Source: the human T2T-CHM13v2.0 reference genome, Homo sapiens. From it: a DNA stretch of 64,000 nt. The notes under the pieces are model-generated. The model saw only the letters and a program-made list of their open reading frames with translations, made no database searches and was not told the DNA's origin. The stretch is taken from the NCBI RefSeq assembly GCF_009914755.1, contig NC_060934.1. One strand, given 5' to 3'. The stretch's first letter is position 1, and the number at the start of each line of letters is the position of its first letter. Of this stretch, positions 58,330 through 64,000 are shown one piece after another. The position numbers were made by a program, and so were the translations under genes.

Positions 58330-60810
58330 TATTTTTGCAGCTATAGTTGACATAAGATAAGCCACCTGTTTATAATGTATCACTAGATACATTTTTGACA
58401 TAAGTATTCACCAGTGAAACCACCACTGTAATTGAGACGATTAACATGTCTGTAACTCCCAAAAGTTTCCCCACATCAATTTGTAATCTCTCCTATCAGT
58501 CCCTACTCCTGTCCCCAGGTATCTACATACATGTTTTATGTTATTATAGTTTCCATTGTCTAGAATTTTGAATAAGTGGAATTATACAACATGTACCCTG
58601 TTTGCTGTCTGATTTATTGCACTCAGCATATTTATTCTGATATTCTTCCATATTGTAGTTTCTATCAATAGTTCATTTCTTTTTACTGCTGAGTACTATT
58701 TCATTATATAGAAATGTAATAATTTGATTATCCATTTACCTGTTGATGGATCCTTGGGTTATTTCCAGTTTGGGGGGCTATTAAAAATAAAGTTTCTATG
58801 AACATTGGGTACCCAGTGAAATTGAACTTTCAATAGTTGTTGGTAATGGAATGGCGAGATCATAAAGTAGGTATATTTTTAATTTTCTGTGAAGCTACTA
58901 TTGGAAATGGCTATATAATTTTACCTTTCCATCAGAAGTACATGAGAGTTCTAGTTGTTCACATCCTTTTCACATTTGGTATGGTAAGTCTTTAATCTCA
59001 CCTATTCTAGCGGGGGTGCCATATATCTCATTATAATTTAATTTGCAATTTAATAATAATGAACAATGTTGGGTATCTTTTTAGGTACTTATTTGTCATC
59101 CAGATATCTTTGGGGAAGTGTCTATTCAACTATGTTTTGCTCACATTTAAATTGGTTTGCTTATCTTATTATTGAGAAGTCATTCGTATAAATTAAAGAT
59201 ACAAGTCCATTGTTGAATACATATTTTGCAATTTTTTCAGACTGTATCTTGCCTTTTGATTTTCATAATGGTGTCTTTGAAGAGCAAATGTTAATGTTGA
59301 TAGATAAAGTCCATTTTATTGATTTTGAAATATTTTTTAGTTTGTAGCTTTTATATTTTAGTTAAGAAATCTTTGCCAAATCCATGGCACTAAGATTTTT
59401 TCCTATGTTTTCTTCTAATTTTGTAGTTTAAACTTTACATTTACATCTATCATCCTTTTTGAGTGTATATATGTATAGAGTATGAGATTAGGATCCAGGT
59501 TCATTTTTGTGGATATGGCTATATATACTATTGATGCAATGTCATTTTTTGAAAATATTCTTTCACCATTGAATTATGTTGGCATCTTTGTCAAAACCAA
59601 TTGGCCACATAAGTTTCGAATATTATATTTCAGAACGCTTTTATCTGTTGCAATTATTTATTTGTCTATAATTAGGCCAATACCATATGCCTTGATTACT
59701 ACAGCTTTATAAGAAATCTTGAAATAAAGTCATGAGATTCCACAACTTTGTTCTCTTGGCTACAGGAACGTTGTTTTGGCTACTGTAGATCTTTTGTATT
59801 TCCATAAAACATTTAGAATTGGCTTGTCAATTTCTGTGACAAGAACAACAAAAACAAAAATGCTTCCTGAGATTTTAACAGCATTGCAATCAATCTGTCT
59901 ATCATCTTGGGGAGAATTGACATCTTAATAATATCAAGCCTTCTAATCCATAAACATGTTATATCTATTTATTTAGATCTTCTTTTAAGCTTTTCAATGT
60001 ACAAGACTTGTGTGCCTTTTGTTAAATTGATCTCTATGTATTTTACATGCTTTGATGCTATTGTAAATGACATTTTTGTTTCAATTTTTCTTTGTTGCTG
60101 TAAAATGATGTACATTTATTTTTGTATCTCTCTCCTATAACCTTGTATCCTGAAATTTTCCTAAGCTTACTTGATAATTATACTAGGTCTTCTGTAGATT
60201 CCATCAGCTTTTCTGTATAAATTGTCATGTTGTTTGCAAACAAAGACAACTTTTCTTCTACTTTCCCCAGCTGAATGATTTTTATTCCTATTTTTTCTTG
60301 TTACATTAACTAAACCTCTGGTACAGTGTTGACCAGAAGGTATGAGAGTGGATATTCTTGCTTTATTCCTGATCTTAGGGAAAAAAACATTCTTTCACAG
60401 CTAGATATAGATTTTTTATAGCTACTCTTTATTAGGTTGAGGAAGTGCCTTCTATTTCTAGGTTTTGAGAGTTTTAATCAAGAATGAATATTAAGTTTGG
60501 CTATGTTTTTGCCTCTGATCTAGTTGTTAAATTATCTGCTTAGATGTAAAAATGGTGAATCACATTGATTAATTTTAAAATATTAAACCAACCTTGCATT
60601 TTTGTGTATAAACCTTACTTAGTCATGATGCACTATACTTTTTATATATTGTTGTATTTTATTTCCTAAAATTTATTAAGATTTTTGCATCTGTGGCAAT
60701 GAGGGCTATTTATCTGTAATTTTTGGTTAGGTCTTCGTCTTTTTCGGAATCATGATAATACTGGCATCATAAAATGAATTTGAATCGATTGTTTTTCTTT
60801 AATTTTCAGT
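58330..60810 (-). mobile_element. Old L1M (L1MB/MC-like), 3' UTR plus ORF2 3' half
   Basis: ccatttacctgttgatggatccttgggttatttccagtttgg and ttggggagaattgacatcttaataatat. Confidence 0.85.
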
Positions 60811-60957
60811 GATGAGAAGCCCCCGAGATGATAGGAAACAATGAACACCAAAGGAATTATTATTTTATTTAAAAAATAGTGCTTGCTATAATTGAATAAT
60901 GTTCTAATTTTAGTATGCATGAGAAATACCTGAAAATTTTACTTAAATAGAGATCCT

Positions 60958-61273
<316 letters not shown>

Positions 61274-61384
61274 AGATCCTGATTTAGAAAGAAGGAAACC
61301 ATAACTAGTATTAACAAAGAAAAACATATCTCCTCAGGTGATTTTTTATGTAGATGATTCATGTTTTGAGAACTCTTAGTCTGC

Positions 61385-61575
61385 TCAAAAGTTCTCAAAG
61401 TGTGTTTCTCAGACCAGTAGCATCAGAATCACCTGGGAACTTTTTAAAAATGCCGACATTCTGTACTCACTCCAGATCTACTAAATCAGTAACTCTGGGG
61501 AAAGAAGTAGGTGCAGTCTGTTTTTTATTAGGCTCCAAGGTGACTCCAGTGCATTACAATTTGAGAACTATTGTT
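61385..61575. mobile_element. MER5A
   Basis: gttctcaaagtgtg...agcatcagaatcacctgggaac...tttgagaactattg. Confidence 0.8.
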
Positions 61576-61699
61576 CTATGTTAATGACACAGAGAGAGAA
61601 TGTATATAGATGCAATTAATTTTGTATATTTTTAGAATATATATGTGTTAAATAGTGGGAAATTTCCTCTAAATTGGCTGCTTGTTTCTTATGACCTGT

Positions 61700-62450
61700 A
61701 TAGAAGGTCTGAGAGTGAGAGAGGGAAAGTTGTGTCAGGTGTGTGAGTAGTGTGGAGACGATATGGCTGATCATTAGGGAAACAGGAAGGCAGGCTGATG
61801 ACATTGTTAGTGACCATTAGATGACTACTTAAGCTCTGTGATTGCTGTTCTTTATTGGTGTCCATTTGCCCAGTGGTACAGTTTTCTTCCCCCATTCTGA
61901 GCTGCCCACAGTAGAGGTATGGAGAAGGCAGTTTCTTGGATTTGTGTCCATTTATTTTGCCAAATAGGTAGAAGGGAAGACAAAAGGGATAAAGTAAATA
62001 GAGTATTTGCAAGAGAGTAAATGACTGTAGTCATGGACCATGGTCACTGTCCTATATAAACAGAAAGATGAAGACAAGACGAGGATAATTAACAGAGAAA
62101 CTGCTGGGTTCCACGGATACAAAGTCTTGATGAGATGGAAGAATTGTTTAGGTAGATACAGGTTAAGAAAGGACCTAGGAGTATAAATGGTAGTGGCTAC
62201 AGAGTGAAATGTTTGTTTTTGAATTATTGTCATTTTCGTGATAAGCTACAAGGTATGACCTTGGTAATAGAGGCTGAGTTCTACTGTGCCAAATCATTGG
62301 TATTGAGAAGGACAGAGACTGGGTGAATAAAATACTTACGTGCCTATTGATTTTTTCTTCATGAGTGATGTCAATCATAGTGATAGTAGGAAGAATGGGA
62401 GGCTGACAGCCAAGGACTAAATCAGAATCAGAAAACACAGGGGCATCAGC
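61700..62450 (-). mobile_element. Probable L2 internal fragment
   Basis: Purine-rich degenerate sequence resembling antisense L2 ORF. Confidence 0.4.
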
Positions 62451-62853
62451 ACCACAGAAGGTAAATTAGAAGGCATCACTGCCACAGGAAAGCTCAGAAG
62501 CACCTGAGTTTGTTTCTCTAGCTGATTAATTTGGGCCTTACCACAATTTCACAAGCTTATGTCCCCAGTAAATCCTAAAGTCATAGAATGTCTTTTGATG
62601 ATAAATCTGTAATCGCAATATCTGAGTATGAGTTCTGATGTAGCCATGCAGATACAAATAATAGCAACCAGTTATCCTGTAGAACTTTGCAAAGTAATTG
62701 AATCATAATAAGTTCCTTGTTTTTTCCCTATTTATGACAGAAACCAAAAAGTTGGCTTTGAAAGACTCCTACCAGCTCAGAAGTACATGGATGAAGATAG
62801 TTGCTGATGCACCCCGCTAGCATCCATTCTAATTTTGTTTTTCAAATTCACAG

Positions 62854-62956
62854 AGAGTGAAGAAGTTTATCAAAGGCAGGTGCTGTCAATTTCATGTATC
62901 ATCTTTGGAATTGTCATCGTGGGCATGTTCTGTGCAGCATTCTACTTCAAAAGCAA
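62854..62956 (+). CDS. NRG3: Neuregulin-3 internal coding exon encoding the juxtamembrane and transmembrane segment (exon 5 in canonical numbering, from recall)
   Basis: Acceptor ttctaattttgtttttcaaattcacAG (AG 62852-62853) and donor AA|GTAAGA at 62957. Phase-1 translation gives (E)SEEVYQRQVLSISCIIFGIVIVGMFCAAFYFKS(K), a ~23-residue hydrophobic helix followed by basic residues, matching the NRG3 TM region as I recall it. The ORF track lists only a different frame (62857..63069). Confidence 0.95.
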
Positions 62957-63536
62957 GTAAGACTATTTCTCTCAAGTGTTTAAAGGTTACTTTTAGAGAA
63001 AGCGCTTTGTGTTACTTTAAGTTCTCAGTCTGTGTGCCACACAGAGGGAACCTGTGGAAATGGGTCTAGCAACAATCTGCAAGTGACTTAGGACATTTTT
63101 GTAAATTGTGGTGAGTGTGTACAGGCATGTACATGCATGTATGTGATGTGTATGTGCACACATGTGTGCGCGGTTTATCTACGATGCACATAATGATCAT
63201 TCCTCTCAGTGACCACGAACATTCTATGTTCTTTGCACTGATTCACCACTTGCTGGTATTAAGGGCTTGGTGTCTGCCTGTCACTAAAGGCTAACTCTTC
63301 TGAACAAAGGGGCCACTGCTATGAACCTGCACATTATCAACCATTATCTATCTATTTCTGAAAAAACAATTCAGTTTTTCATAAAGATTTTAGGCAAATG
63401 TGGAATATGAATACTAAAAAATATACTTCAGTTTACCAGTTGGTATGCACATGTTGAATATGCCCTAAAGTTACCTTGCTGAGAAACTAGACCTTCTTCA
63501 GATAAAGGTGTTTATGTTTGACTAGAAATAGATGTA

Positions 63537-63930
<394 letters not shown>

Positions 63931-64000
63931 TCATTTATTAAAATGATATAATCTGCACTTAAGAAATGCAGATAAAAATATTAGCCCCTTGGTTTCTCAT

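Noticed and set aside
62444-62462. TCAGCACCAC, resembling an RE1/REST site, upstream of the TM exon
   Set aside because: Only the left half matches; the GGACAG half is absent
62857-63069. ORF overlapping the NRG3 exon
   Set aside because: Wrong frame; the true coding frame gives the NRG3 TM peptide

Overview
Primate genomic DNA, human or great ape: AT-rich and dense in repeats (AluJ/S/Y, L1PA and L1M, L2, MIR, MaLR/ERV LTRs, Tigger and MER DNA transposons). The only coding sequence I can support is one 103-nt internal exon on the + strand (62854-62956). It reads (E)SEEVYQRQVLSISCIIFGIVIVGMFCAAFYFKS(K), which I recognise as the transmembrane exon of neuregulin-3 (NRG3). The other ~63 kb is NRG3 intron, almost all of it the phase-1 intron upstream of that exon. 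The supplied ORFs are repeat-derived or chance. I see no clear new multi-gene system. The best leads are several cryptic-exon architectures in this intron: a donor with a (UG)21 tract suggesting TDP-43 control, a long AG-free CU tract suggesting PTBP control, and a textbook branch point/acceptor. Each would add an immediate in-frame stop before the TM exon. There is also an alternative donor after the TM exon, a recent 75-bp tandem duplication of a CCAAT + KLF/SP module, and some unusual L1 structures. Repeat subfamily names come from my recall of consensus sequences and their boundaries are approximate.
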